From NCBI GenBank assembly GCA_000320545.1, contig ADNK01001513.1, positions 1-38,675 on the forward strand: 38,675 nt of DNA. Reading direction: 5' to 3'. The notes beneath the pieces were generated by a model. That model did not search any database. It was not told the DNA's origin and saw only the letters and a program-made list of their open reading frames with translations. Positions 26,033 to 38,346 of the stretch are shown here, piece by piece. A program made the position numbers and the translations under genes. Position 1 is the first letter of the stretch, and every line of letters starts with the position of its first letter. The DNA comes from Bigelowiella natans CCMP2755 (Eukaryota; Protista; Cercozoa).

Positions 26033-29000
26033 AGGTTTGCTCACTCAATCACTCGCTTACTCACAATAATATTAGATGTTCTCCACAAGTTCCTACGGCG
26101 GTTGTGGCGCCTCCTGATACTGCATTGCGCATGTATGCGAATGTGAAGACAATAATTCCTGTTGATGGAGGCGGTTTTACAAACATTGAACTCAATACTA
26201 CGCAAGTAGATCTTATAGTCCGTGCTTGCACCTCTGGACAGGTCAGCCGTAATTCATAGTAGTTCTTCTTTCCCTTCTGCTACCTTTTGAAAAGTCTATA
26301 CTTCTTTATACATCTTTATAGGTCATAAACGCTGTGAGTTGTGGTGACTGCCCGAGCGGTCGATTCCAGCCAATATCACCAATATTAAACACAACCTGTA
26401 CGGAATGCCCAGCAGGTTTAGTCTCTATTAAAGTTCATCTGATTCTATTTGTATTGAACAATGAGCAATGAACTTGGTTTCTTAGGACGGTTTGCGAGCT
26501 CCGTCGGTTCCTCCGAATGCTTATCATGCAATGCATCTGAAATCGGTGGCTTCACCGCCCAAGAGGGTGCCAGCACGTGTGTGAATTGCGACGAGAATTT
26601 CTACCCAAATCCAGAGTTTACATCGTGCCTTCAATGTCCTCCCGACTCTGTGGGGACATCAGATCGAAGAAGCTGTGAATGTAACATCGGTTTCTTTGCT
26701 TATGAATCCGATGTAAGCTTCGGGATACCAACTGTGTGCGATGGGTGTCCTTCCGGTGGCGCATGTACCAGGCAAGGATCACTTGCGGGAGAAATCCAAC
26801 CAATGAGGGGTTATTGGCTAAGTATCTGGTCCCCTGCGAACGAGCTCACGTTCCTCAAATGTCGCAACGACGCATGCATTGGCGAGAGGGATGAATGTGC
26901 ATCTGGCTACAACGGAATTCTGTGCACCGTGTGTGATGCAGGCTGGAGCAGAGCTCGGCAGCATGAATGCATTGAGTGTCAGGGCGACCCAGGTCTCGCT
27001 GCATTCCAAATCATCGGATCTTGGATCCTGGTCGCAATCGTCGGCATCGCCTTGACTTACATCAACGTCAATGAGGCCGAGGAGGAGATTGCTGGAGTAA
27101 AGGATCAGCGACAAGAAAGCGTTGACGAAGACCACTTCGACCGCATATCCACCCTCGTCAAGATTACGATTTCTGCAATACAGTTTAATTCGCTAGCCGC
27201 TGATTTTGACTACGAGTGGCCAAATTTCGCGCGCAGTTTATTCCTTTCGCAACGAACCGTGGGCATATTTGGGTCGTTATTAAACGTTGATTGTGCACAG
27301 GGAAGCAATCGATCGGTCCGTCCCATTTATGTGAATACTGTTGTGATCGCAATGATACCTGTCATCATCCCAGTACTCTCCCTCGTTATCCTTGCCATTT
27401 TTGAGGTCAAATACCGCAAGGCTGTAAAGGCACAAGTGATGGCCAGCCAAGCTATGCTCGAGCGGAAGCATGGAAACAACGATGCACTGGATGAGAGTGA
27501 TGATGACGATGACGGTCGCTCTGGTGTTGGAGAAAGGAAGCTACATGATATGAAGATGCGCCGTCTTGTGAAGAAGAAAGGCGAAGCACAAGAACATGGC
27601 GATGACAACAAAGACGACAACATGTCCAAATCGTCAAAATCGCGCAAGATTTTGATAGCGAGGAAGGAGACTGAATACGAGTTAGACGTAGAGGACGAAG
27701 CGCAGAATGCTGAGGATTGTGCTGCAACCGATACGAAATCTCACTACACTGGCGCCACAGATAAAGTTGTAACGTTCGATACCGTGGAACAAGTTGTTTC
27801 GGATCCCAGGGAGAAGGCTCTACGTCGTCGCCAAGTCCATGCACAATTCAACGCGTCCAATGTTTCTCTAATGTTCATGCTCTATCCATCGCTCATCATC
27901 CAAACCTTCACGTTATTTAACTGCGAGCAGCTGGCAAGCGACCCAGATTCATTGGTTCTTGTCGAGGATATGAGCCAAAGATGCTATGTAGAGCCGCACC
28001 TCCTTTACCTACTCTTCCTCGGGTTCCCAATGATGTTCATCTATGTGCTTGGATTTCCAGCCGTGTGCTTATTCTTCCTCAACCGCTTCAAGGACGACAT
28101 GCCGTGGAACCTTGATGATCGAGAGTCGAAAATGAAGATCGAGACGGTGTTTCGTAAGAAGCGCAACCGTATGTCCCTGTATCTTCTTTATCATGGATAC
28201 AAACCCGCTTACTTCCAGTGGGAGATTGTAATTATGTTCCGCAAAGTCCTCATCGCATGCTTCGCTGTTTTCGTCAACACAGAAGCCGCACAGGCCAACC
28301 TGGCCGTTCTCTTGATATTCGTCTCTTTCGTTGCGCAATTGCGCCTGAGTCCCTTCGAGCAAGACACATGCAATAACTTGGAGCTAGCTGCGCTCGCAAC
28401 CAGTTTCATGACCTATTTCCTCGGAGGTTTTCTCCACTTTTCCTCGCAGAACGTCCGCATTCTCGTTTCTGTCCTCGTCGTAATCGTGAACTGCCTCTTC
28501 CTCACAGTCGCAATGTACATGATCTCAACTGATATCGTTGGTGCTGTCCGCAGTGCGCGAACGAAGATGCAGCGAAAGAGGAGGGAAGCGGAGGGGAGTC
28601 GTAGAGTTGCAATTGAGAACATGCGAAGACGCCGTCAGGAGAAATGGGAGAGCACCGTTGGCATGCTTAACAAGCGTAGACGACAACCTCATTCCACTCG
28701 GACAGCAGTAAGCGAGCTCAGTACGTGGTATCGACGTGGCAACCAAGGTCTCGACAGGGATAATAAACAAGCTGCAACTGGCACTCACCGAAGAGATTTG
28801 AGTGAAATGACCGTCTTGGCCGAGCGTCCGCGCTCATCACTGGGGATTCCTCGAGTATACTCAGAAAACTGCCGGTTTACTGGGCCTAGTATTGTCTCCG
28901 AGGGGCCTAGTACCGCTACATCCAATGCTCCTATTATCGAGAATCCGTCAAACGCTGCTGGCACGCCGTCAAATAGGAACCCACGCAAAGCTAGTGCTGC

Positions 29001-29040
29001 TACGTCAGGGGGCCTAGAAAGCGTCCGATTTGTTGAGTAG
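14207..29040 (+). CDS. Giant multi-exon cell-surface protein: signal peptide, His-Pro repeats, mucin-like Pro/Thr/Ser tracts, PMP-type (GGA(I/V/L)...FxxN) beta-helix repeats, Cys-rich CxxC (TNFR/ephrin-receptor-like) repeats and a ~9-TM C-terminal domain
   Basis: Exons 14207-14284, 14360-14520, 14574-14723, 14813-15479 and 15583 onwards are phase-consistent. Large exons lie at 21731-~23793, ~24803-~25814 and ~26486-29040. Motifs: FANNHVTGDGGAV, FESNSAGGSGGDI, FIRNSGRIGGAI, FQNNSALLSAGAI, FNEAYNAGGAI, FLRNNASLGAGGAVY; C..CP.G.F repeats; KITIS..Q..WP, YPSL....F.LF.C, YLLYHGYK..YFQWEIV.M.RK, L.PF....NNLE. I saw no terminal stop plus new signal peptide between 14207 and 29040, so it is treated as one gene. 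Middle exons (16-21 kb) are less certain. Confidence 0.78.
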
Positions 29041-29289
29041 CGCGCTACAACATTGATGTGAACTTATTCTGCAAAGAACGTAAATAATAGCTCACCAACC
29101 CGCCTGCATTTTAAATAAGTATGATTTTACGGGATACATATTGTAATTTTTAGAGGACATGGAAAATTGCCATAAAAAATAAAAGAGCGCATGTAAATGC
29201 CGCATTATAAGCTTATAGAATCCCTGGCCGGATTCTGCGAGAGAAGTTGTCATCAATAAATACTTCTTGTAATAACACTGCAAGCTGCG

Positions 29290-29790
29290 AGCATAACTGT
29301 GTAGCAGGCTATCTAGCTATAAGCTAGCAGGCTGCAGGGTTTCATTGTACTTGCTAGCTTGTCTCTTACTAGCTAGCTAGCTCAAGGGTTTTATAGTTTA
29401 GGTCAGTCTACGTCATGATGTTTGCTGTGGCACAATAGCTAGCCAAGCTAGCAAGCTGCATGTGGTACGTACGGATTTAGATCTAGAGATTAGCGCATAG
29501 GCAAAAGCAGCACAAATGATAGTCATAGTCACTTGACCGAACTGTGCCATACTCTAGATATCTAGCTAGCTAGCTAGCTAGGTCTAGAGGTGCACGTCAA
29601 TCTAGACATGGCAAAAATCTTAGTCCTTGCTAGCTTGTTCATTTGCATGTTCGCCCGTTTTGTCACGCAGAGCAGATATCTAAAACTGCATTGTTTTTGG
29701 TATCATTTTAGAAAACGTGTTTGTCAGTGCACCATCTATGTATCTCACGTGGCGGCATAACTAGATAACTGTGCAGATCTAGAAACGTCT
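29290..29790. repeat. CTAG/(TAGC)n-rich intergenic spacer between convergent genes
   Basis: About 20 CTAG in ~500 bp, including TCTAGCTAGCTAGCTAGCTAGG at 29561-29582. Confidence 0.8.
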
Positions 29791-30838
29791 ACGGCAAATC
29801 TTCTAAAGGCGAAGCGTTTGTCGCTACAATTTGAGAAATATCTAGAGTTCTACTTCCTGCATCGACAGGAACCGCCGGTGATTGTGGCGGAGACGGCGTT
29901 AAGGGGATAGGCTGCGGAGAAAGAAAGTCTGGAATCTCTTCTCCTGTTTCTTTCCCTTTGTTACCAGATGGCGCTGGTGTGGCTACCAGCTTGCTATCGC
30001 TGCTCTTAGATGTTGCAATCCCTCCCGCCAATACATCATCCGTAGCAGCAACCTGCATGTTCGTGCTGCTGTCGGTAGATACCTGACCCTTGCGCGGATC
30101 TCCTTGAGCCCTGTCTGCGTGTTTGGTGATGTGGCCGTGAGCGCTTTTTGTTCCCTTCTTCTGTTGATCCTCGACTATTTGAGGTCGCGGACGTTTCTGA
30201 TTGTTACAACGATCAAGCACCAGACCAATCACATCGCAACTAGTGACACTTTATGGAGAACGAGAAGAGGAAGAAGAAGAAGAAGAAGAAGAAGAAGAAG
30301 AAGAAAAAGAGAAGATGATGGTGATGGTTGGGTAGATGGAGATACTACTGTAATTAATACTACTCCTATTTACTACTGACCTGTTCGCCTTCCAGAAGTT
30401 CCATCAGCATCGAAGAACCCTCACCGCCATTGCCAGAGATATGTTCCTGTGATTGCCCCTCTCCTTTTTCTTCTCCTTGTTGTTGTTGATGCTGCTGCTT
30501 CTTTGTAGGCTCTGGCATCGGTTCCGTATAAAACTCCTTGCGCTCATACTTTCGGCATATAAATTGCCGCCGCTGCGCTCGCATAGTGCCTGAATTTGGC
30601 TTCTCCCCCGAAGGCAGATTTGCCTCGTACATGGAATTTATCGTAGCATTGCCGTTTTTAGAGACCATGAGCTGCAGTTCCGAGTCGGACCATACGTCAA
30701 GGTTAAGCGACTTCACCTGCGATTAGTGACGATCACGACGATGATGACGATGATCACGATGGTCTTCCTTTCCTGCCCCTCCTTTTGCTATGCTGCTGGT
30801 TTATACACACATGCACGTAGACACATACATTTCTCTCT

Positions 30839-30886
<48 letters not shown>

Positions 30887-33229
30887 TCTCACTCATTTAT
30901 ACACACAAAAACATTAACACACACACACACACACACACGCACACACACACACACACCTTTGAAACATTAACGCCAGGTCCCTGTGGCAGCCAGAACATTG
31001 CAAGCATACTACTACCCCAATATTGACTGCTGCCCACTCAGGCTTATTACTGCCACAGTCCGCACACGTGCTATTACCTGAGAGGAGGAGGAGGAGGAGG
31101 AAGGGGAGGGGGAAAGAGTAATACATGGGACATACTTATACAAACTCGAGAGAACGCTCTACCATACTGGAAGGCGTGTGCTATAAACACGCTACTGACG
31201 GATTTTGGAATGATTCACCATCCTTATCCTCCTCCTCCTCCTCCTTACCATCACCATCACCATCATCATCCTCATCATCATCATCATCATCGTCACCACC
31301 AGGAAGCTTGAGTATTCTCTCCCCAGCCTTCGATTGTTTCGATAAGAAGGCATGAAACGGGTTATGGCGTGCCTCGGCTGGACCATGGTTGCTGCTATTA
31401 CTACTACTACTACTACTACTACTGCTGCTCTTTCCTCCAACACTGTTCATACTGCGCCCATTTCCTGCGAGTAAAATATATAAACATGAGTCTTCGTCGT
31501 CGGCGCAAGGATGTTAAGACTCCCCGTGATGGTGAAGGCAACAACGGTGGCGACGATGATGATATGCGCCATTGAATTTAAGGTTTCATGTGTGTATTAT
31601 TGATTTATCTGATCGGTGTTAAATAAACGTAATATATATCTGTCATCTCTTCACTGTGACCTTGCATCCCGTTGCTGTTGTTGCTGCTGCCGCGGCTGGA
31701 CGAGTGACTCAGGAACACAGGGGCAGATTTCATTCTCTCCAATTTGGCATTAGGTCCCCCCTCTACACCTCCGACGGTATCCTGCGGGGAAGGAAGAGCT
31801 TATTAATGGCGACGAAGATGACGATGGGCGTTCAATATCTAGTGATAATGACATTGTCGTAAGTATTATCGTAGTTGATGACTATTAGATGCTACCTCAT
31901 CCACCATCTTTGCTAACACCGATGTTGCAGATGTGAAGGCCTGGAACAGACGAGGAGGTAAGCAATAGTAAATTAAAATTTTGGAGATGTGAGCGAAATG
32001 CATTGCGAGACAAAGAGGAGAAGAGAGTAGTGTTTGGCCTAGAGAGAATGGATCGTATTAAAAACTTTTTTCCTCTACCATCTCCTCTCATTATGTAAAT
32101 TCGTTTATTATTTGCTTCTTCTGCTTCTCTTTCCAAGTTATGTTCCTCTTCTTTTTATTCTTCTTCACTTGTTCGTTTCTTCGCCTTTTCATCTCCCCCT
32201 CTCCTCATCCTTCTCCCCCCCCAATCTTGTTCACCGTTCCTAGCCATCCTCCAAGCCCTTTGATCACTTCATCAGCACCATTTGAAGAAGAAGCACTGCC
32301 AAAACCGCTGCTGCTATTATTTCCCACGTTGGCAGTTGAGGAGCCCCAATCATGAAGATCACCACCTCCATTCCCTCCCTCTGCCGCCTTTTCCCGCGAC
32401 GATGGTGGTGTGTTAGTTTGAACGGCGTTCTTTGTGTCTACTGAGATATTACTCGGAGAACTACCGCTCCCTGCTTGTTGGGACTTTTCTGCATAGAACT
32501 GCCTCACGCTAGCAGCCTCTCGCTTTGCCTCACTTTCACGTCGTCGCATCTTTGGTGCAGCCAAACAACAAGAACAATTCGGAGGATGTCGGAGGTAAGG
32601 GGGGGGGAGCGGGGGGGGAGGAGGAGGAGGAGGAGGAGAGAGAGAGAAAGAGGAAATAATATCAAGATCAGTACACTTAGTGTTACCACAGTTAACTCCT
32701 GACACTAAAAATCAACAACGGATCTAATTTTATGCTGCAAAAGCTTTGTTGTTGTGAAAGCATAGTTGCGCCATCTGCATCGTCGTTATCTTCTTGTGCA
32801 TGTTGTCAGTCGTTAAGGAAAGAGTACCTGGAGGATTTCCGCCCTTGCCTGCCTCTTGAATTTGGCCAGAGATTGCTCCAAACGCAGTTTCTGTAGAGAA
32901 GAGTTGCGATTATTATCTCTAGAATCACTGGCGCACTATAGTGCCCGACAACAAACAAGAAAATAATCATTAATCTGATACTAGGAGGCCTAAGAGATGA
33001 TGCTTGATCGCACAAAATCACTGATCACAGGTACACTGACGATTGATCAGCATCAAAGGATTTGTGCAGTTAAATGACTCGCACAAACGACGAATGTTTA
33101 GTCTCCCTACATCTTGTTGCAGAGTCTTTATTGAAGTCTCCTGGTAGCGGAGCCTATCCTTCGCACGGCTTATCAACCTTTGCGGCAACCATTATGTACG
33201 ATTACAAATGATGATGATGATGAGGCGGC

Positions 33230-33264
<35 letters not shown>

Positions 33265-33324
33265 GAGGAGGAGGAGAAACAGTAGTAGTAGCACATTTGT
33301 GGTGAGAAGTATCTCGCGTAAAAA

Positions 33325-33366
<42 letters not shown>

Positions 33367-34451
33367 AAAGACTAATCTCCAGCGTGGGTAATATGTGTGT
33401 ATGAAGGACGATGAGCATGTGGTATTGTTTCTGTTGTGTGTACCGCCGCATCTGCGTTCTTTGTGACGTGTGCTGAAGCAAAGTCTCTTTCATCTGCAAG
33501 GCCTCCAACGTCTTCTCCTCCTTATATCACCACAACCACCACCATCATCATCATCATCATCATCATCATCATATTATGTAATCGTTGTAGTCGAATCACC
33601 AGCATAGTCTCTAGCTTTGCCAGCGTGCGTTTATACTCCTTTTGATCCACCAGCTGCTGCTCCTTCTTCTGATGACCGACGTCACCAACTGATAATAATA
33701 TTGGCTCTTTATCAAAGCCAGCTATTTCTCCTTTCCTTCCTCCCCTGCGACTTTGCCGAGCCTCTTCCTCATCGTCAAGGTCAATACCGACAATGCGAGT
33801 CTCCTCGTTAAGTACTGTGCTCACCACCATCCCCATCACCCCGCCATCCCCTCTTGAGGGTACAGAGGAGGAAGAAGAGGAGGAAGAGGACGAGGAGGAC
33901 GAGGAGGAAGAAGCAATCTGATCAGACATAGAGAAGAAGAAGAGGAAGAAGAAGAAGAAAGGGGTATCAATTCTGAGGCAGGAAATAAGTAAGAGGGGGG
34001 GTGAGGAAGCTATTTGTCATACGAGCAATATGTTACGTTACTGGCTGCTGACGTGCGTGTAACATGTGCTGCTGTGTGTATGTGTTAAGGCCATATCGAA
34101 CCTGTGCTTGTAAGTTCTTGCTTTTCTGTCTTTCGGCTGCCAATGCGCTACAGAGGCGGGGGAGGGGGAGGAAGAGGAAGAGGAGGTTAAATACATCTAT
34201 AGAGCTCCGTTGGGGACTATGTTTAGAGTAGTTTGACGTAAGATTAGTAACATGTAAAAAGGCTTTCCAAATCTTCATGTGATCTTCTAATAGTGTGTGT
34301 CCTTCAATTTGATTGCTAAAGACTTATTGTCTGCTGTGTGGCATGTCTCTCGATGATGGACCGCATGGTTACCTGTTCGTAAGCTGAAGATTCTCCTCTA
34401 AGAATTGAACACGTGCCTCGAGCTTAGATCTGCATTAATCAGCACTATTAG

Positions 34452-34498
<47 letters not shown>

Positions 34499-35867
34499 CT
34501 CTCTCATACACGATACATTCATGTGTGTGTGTGTGTGTGTGTGTTATAATGCACGAAATATCAACACCGCGCAGTTTGCTCGTTCTCCAACTGCCGAGAT
34601 AACGTTTCGACCATCTGATAACAGGAACAAAGATACCGATGAGAATCAGGAAAATGATGATGATATTGATCATGAGACGTGCGTAGCTTGGTGTTGTCAT
34701 TGTCGATTGTCATTGCACGAATGACCTGATTGTGAACCTCTCCGTCCTTCTCATCATGGCCTCTACCGGAATACAACGAGGAACCCGTGGGCGCAATGTC
34801 CACATCAGATAGAAGATTCTATTCGTAGCAGCATAATAGCAATTGGATTAAGTTGATGTGTTACTTGAAACGGCGAAATATTTGTTCACATACCATCGAT
34901 ATATTCCCCTGAACGTACGATAGAAGTGGGAAGCAACGAGACGTAGACGGAGGTGTAAATAGCATAACACGCGCAAGCAAGTGGAACAACAAGAATGAAC
35001 TAAAATTCACACGAAATCAACATACATCATGCGGGACGGCTTAATCCACTTTGAATCAAATACAACACCAACATAAGAAACCATCCATGAGTGGCAAGAA
35101 TCTTTATGCCCGATGTCAATTTTTAAAAAATAAGCAGATAAAGTACAGTCGCGGGTAGTACAGATATGTAGTGGTCATGCGTCGTGTATTACTTTGGCTG
35201 CTTCGAGTTGTTTGACTCTAGCTGCCATCCTCTCTAACTTGCCTTGTAACTCCTTACGAATTTAAAGAAGAGAATAATCGATGGTATGTAGTAAAAATGA
35301 GTTTGAATACTGAATTTCTATCATGCATATATGCTTCATACCTCATTTTCTTTCTCCACATCAGCCAGCATTTGGAGAGCGTGATCTCGGTTCTTACCGT
35401 TCGGCTCTGATATTTAACAATAAAGATTTCGTCCCATATGACACATTAGTAATGCCTACTTAAAATCAACGGTACCTTTGCCTTTGGCTTTGGATTTAAA
35501 CTGAAGAAGCAATAGCAGCGATAGCACCACAGCAGCGGGATACGTGAAGACAGTCGAGATGTGAGTAGGAAACCGATTTTATCAAATGAGTAGGAGGAAA
35601 GAAAAGGATGGAAAGCATGAAAAGATCGCACGTGAGAACAACCTCGTCGCGTTCCAACTGGCACTGCTTCAGTTCGTATTTGAGGTGCATCACCTGTTAT
35701 TATTCGACGACACAACGTGCAGCGAACTTAGCAACGATTTCCACAACAAAGTGAACTGTGTTCGTTAGATTTTGAAACTAATAATTTTTATGCGTACTAT
35801 TTACCTCCTCCGTAAGCGAGCTGACGGCCTTCTCAGCCTTCTTCATCATCTCCGGGTCGCTCATCAT
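29789..35867 (-). CDS. ArfGAP-domain protein with long N-terminal coiled-coil region and low-complexity linkers; one apparent 1-bp frameshift
   Basis: Zn-finger CADC-X16-CLQC-X4-R (ILKLPG/NSTCADCGSNKPEWAAVNIGVVVCLQCSGCHR, ~30980-31078) followed by VKSLNLDVWSDSELQLMVSKNGNATINSMYEANLP...RRQFICRKYERKEF. Upstream phase-consistent coiled-coil exons run from MMSDPEMMKKAEKAVSSLTEE (35867) / VMHLKYELKQCQLERDE / ELQGKLERMAARVKQLEAAK / KLRLEQSLAKFKRQARAEILQ. The last exon ends at TAG 29791-29789. The ArfGAP part is secure; its linkage to the coiled-coil exons is inferred. Confidence 0.78.
30845..30956. repeat. Intronic (CT)n and (CA)n microsatellites inside the ArfGAP domain
   Basis: Directly visible in the sequence. 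Confidence 0.85.
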
Positions 35868-36549
35868 CTGGGGTCGTGCAACCCCTTTCCCTCCTCCTGG
35901 CTTCAAAAGTGGTTCTCTGGGCTATTCAAACGGGTTGAAATTAACGGTACGAACGAATTAGCAATATCAAAACAGAAATGTTGATTTGTTGGTATGTGAA
36001 GTGACGTAGGACGAAATCCGAAGTAAGGGGGGGGGGGGGGGGGTAGCGTACGTTCGTAAGGTGGCAGCCTGACAGACCACGTTTAACCCTAAAAGCTTTG
36101 CCTACTGCTACAGCATAAGTTCTCACAACTTTCAAGCAAAAACCACATGCTAGATTAGGATTGCGACAGGCTTCGGGTCTTGACGTTCTTTGTTTTATCT
36201 GAACATTATAGCGATTGTTGCAGGACCCACCACGTTGGAGCACGGGATACTTTCGTAAAACAAACTAAAAATAGCCGCAGCAGTTCATCGGTTGTTGTTG
36301 TTGTTGTTATTGTTGCTGTTGTTGTACTTGTTGTATATCAACTACACGATAAATCCGGTATAATTTATTGCCAACCTGGTTGTTGTATTTATCAACTCTG
36401 CCTCCTCCCTTCCCTCACCGCATAAACGGGAAAATACACGACTGTAGAAATAAAACAACCAAGTGTGTGAGTCTCTAAATTTTCTTGCCACGTCGATCTA
36501 ACTTTCTGTTTTGTTTTTGCTTCCCAGAAGATCTCTAAGTATCGAAAAC

Positions 36550-37165
36550 ATGTGCAAGTTTTGTAATGAATTTCGTGAGATGGATTACATGAGTCACATG
36601 CAAGGAGGGTTCGGATTTGGAGGCATGGGCAGGTATAAAGTATTTTAAAAGAATTTTGGGCAATTTATCTCCACGAATCTGTTGTTTCAATGGATATCAG
36701 ATTGAATTTGTTTTCAGGTACCATGACCCGGATGGATTCGACTACGATCCGGGAGAAGACATGATGACAAATGGGTTTTATTCTTCCCAACAAATCTCGT
36801 TGTTTTCTTATAACTTTGATGGTCTTTTACAAAATAGGTTAGAAATAGATTCTGCAAAGTTTAAGCAGAACAATGAAGAGACCAAAGCGGTAAATGACAC
36901 ATACCTAGAATGCAGAACGGCACTGATGGTTAAGGCGATACAATGTGATTTGATTCAAAATATTTAGTTGCCTCAAGCTAAACCCGAAAAAAAGAAAACC
37001 AAAAAGATAAGGAGGAGACCGTCATCTCGACTTGCAAAATATGGAATTAAAAGGAAAGGGGAAAAAAAATCGAATGCTTCCAAAGGTAATTCAGGGCTAG
37101 CAAGCACGAACAAGGATACGAGTGATCATGTTGGAAGTAGAAGTTCGAAAAATGTCTCAGATTAG
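36550..37165 (+). CDS. Small (~129 aa) hypothetical protein with Lys/Arg-rich, NLS-like C-terminus
   Basis: Four phase-consistent exons 36550-36632, 36718-36774, 36838-36889 and 36968-37165: MCKFCNEFREMDYMSHMQGGFGFGGMGR-YHDPDGFDYDPGEDMMTNG-LEIDSAKFKQNNEETKA-LPQAKPEKKKTKKIRRRPSSRLAKYGIKRKGEKK...SD*. Confidence 0.65.
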
Positions 37166-37480
37166 CAAGATAATTAGTCCACGAGTATGGAATGGTCAAG
37201 ACTGTCAATTCGATCTTCGTCGGATCGATATGAACATAATGCACCAGAATGCTATTTAATGAAGTGAACAGCAGCGGTCGACGCTGGAATGAATCTACGG
37301 AAACTTTAATTTGTGCAGTAAATAAGCTAGCCTAGCAGATAGACGTTACAAAAGGTTAACTTAAATAACTAGGTAGCACTAATAAGAATGTACGATGATG
37401 CAATGATGAATTCAATATTTAGATTATGTATGAGACTGATGTAATGGATAGGTTAAATGCGTTCAATTGTCATTCTAATC

Positions 37481-37604
37481 GCGGCTACAGCGCTTAAATT
37501 GTCAGACGGATGTAATTAATCAATTAAATTTGTTCAATGGTCATCATCATATAGCTATCTAGCTATGCAATGCAGCGCTAGAGCGGCTACAGCGCTTAAA
37601 TTGT
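37481..37604 (+). repeat. 22-bp perfect direct repeat GCGGCTACAGCGCTTAAATTGT (x2)
   Basis: Copies at 37481-37502 and 37583-37604, with a degenerate third copy near 37718-37735. Confidence 0.8.
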
Positions 37605-37857
37605 ACTTAATTGCTTAGGCTATTTGTATATCATGACATCCATGACCGTATCGATATCGTATCGCATATCGTGCCGATGACCAGTCATCCTATAATGTAG
37701 CTGTCTAGCTGTGCAAAGCGGCGGCAACAGCGCTAGCAATGTGCTTGTTATTATGCATATGTGTGTACATATATGTACACATATCGATCTATCTCTAGCT
37801 AGCTACACTATATATATTGTGTATTGCATGTCTATCATAGCTAGCTAGCTAGATAGA

Positions 37858-37892
<35 letters not shown>

Positions 37893-38113
37893 ACAAGCAC
37901 ATACGTGTGTGTATATATATGTATATATTTACATATATGTACATATAGGTCATCACTTCATCATAGACAATAGACAAGCAATAACTATAGCCATCATCAT
38001 ATACAGCTACATGACTGATGCCGTTTGCCGCCACTTATGGGGCTTATAAGCCTGTCCTCGCTAGAAGGCTAATAACATAGCCGCACATACGTGTACTAAT
38101 AATGCACACATGA

Positions 38114-38121
<8 letters not shown>

Positions 38122-38185
<64 letters not shown>

Positions 38186-38267
38186 CATTTTTCTAAGCTG
38201 TGCATGAAATTCCCCATCCTTTCATCCAACCACCATTAGTATGGCACCAAGTAATTCGAACCATAAA

Positions 38268-38329
<62 letters not shown>

Positions 38330-38346
38330 TGACATGTGTGTGTGTG
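38122..38346. repeat. Cluster of (TA)n(TG)n and (CT)n(CA)n microsatellites
   Basis: Directly visible in the sequence. Confidence 0.85.

Noticed and set aside
22569-28988. Minus-strand ORFs opposite the large receptor exons
   Set aside because: They are antisense shadows of long coding exons with no independent motifs.
37481-37604. CRISPR-like array
   Set aside because: Only two exact repeats with an 80-bp gap, a eukaryotic context and no cas genes.
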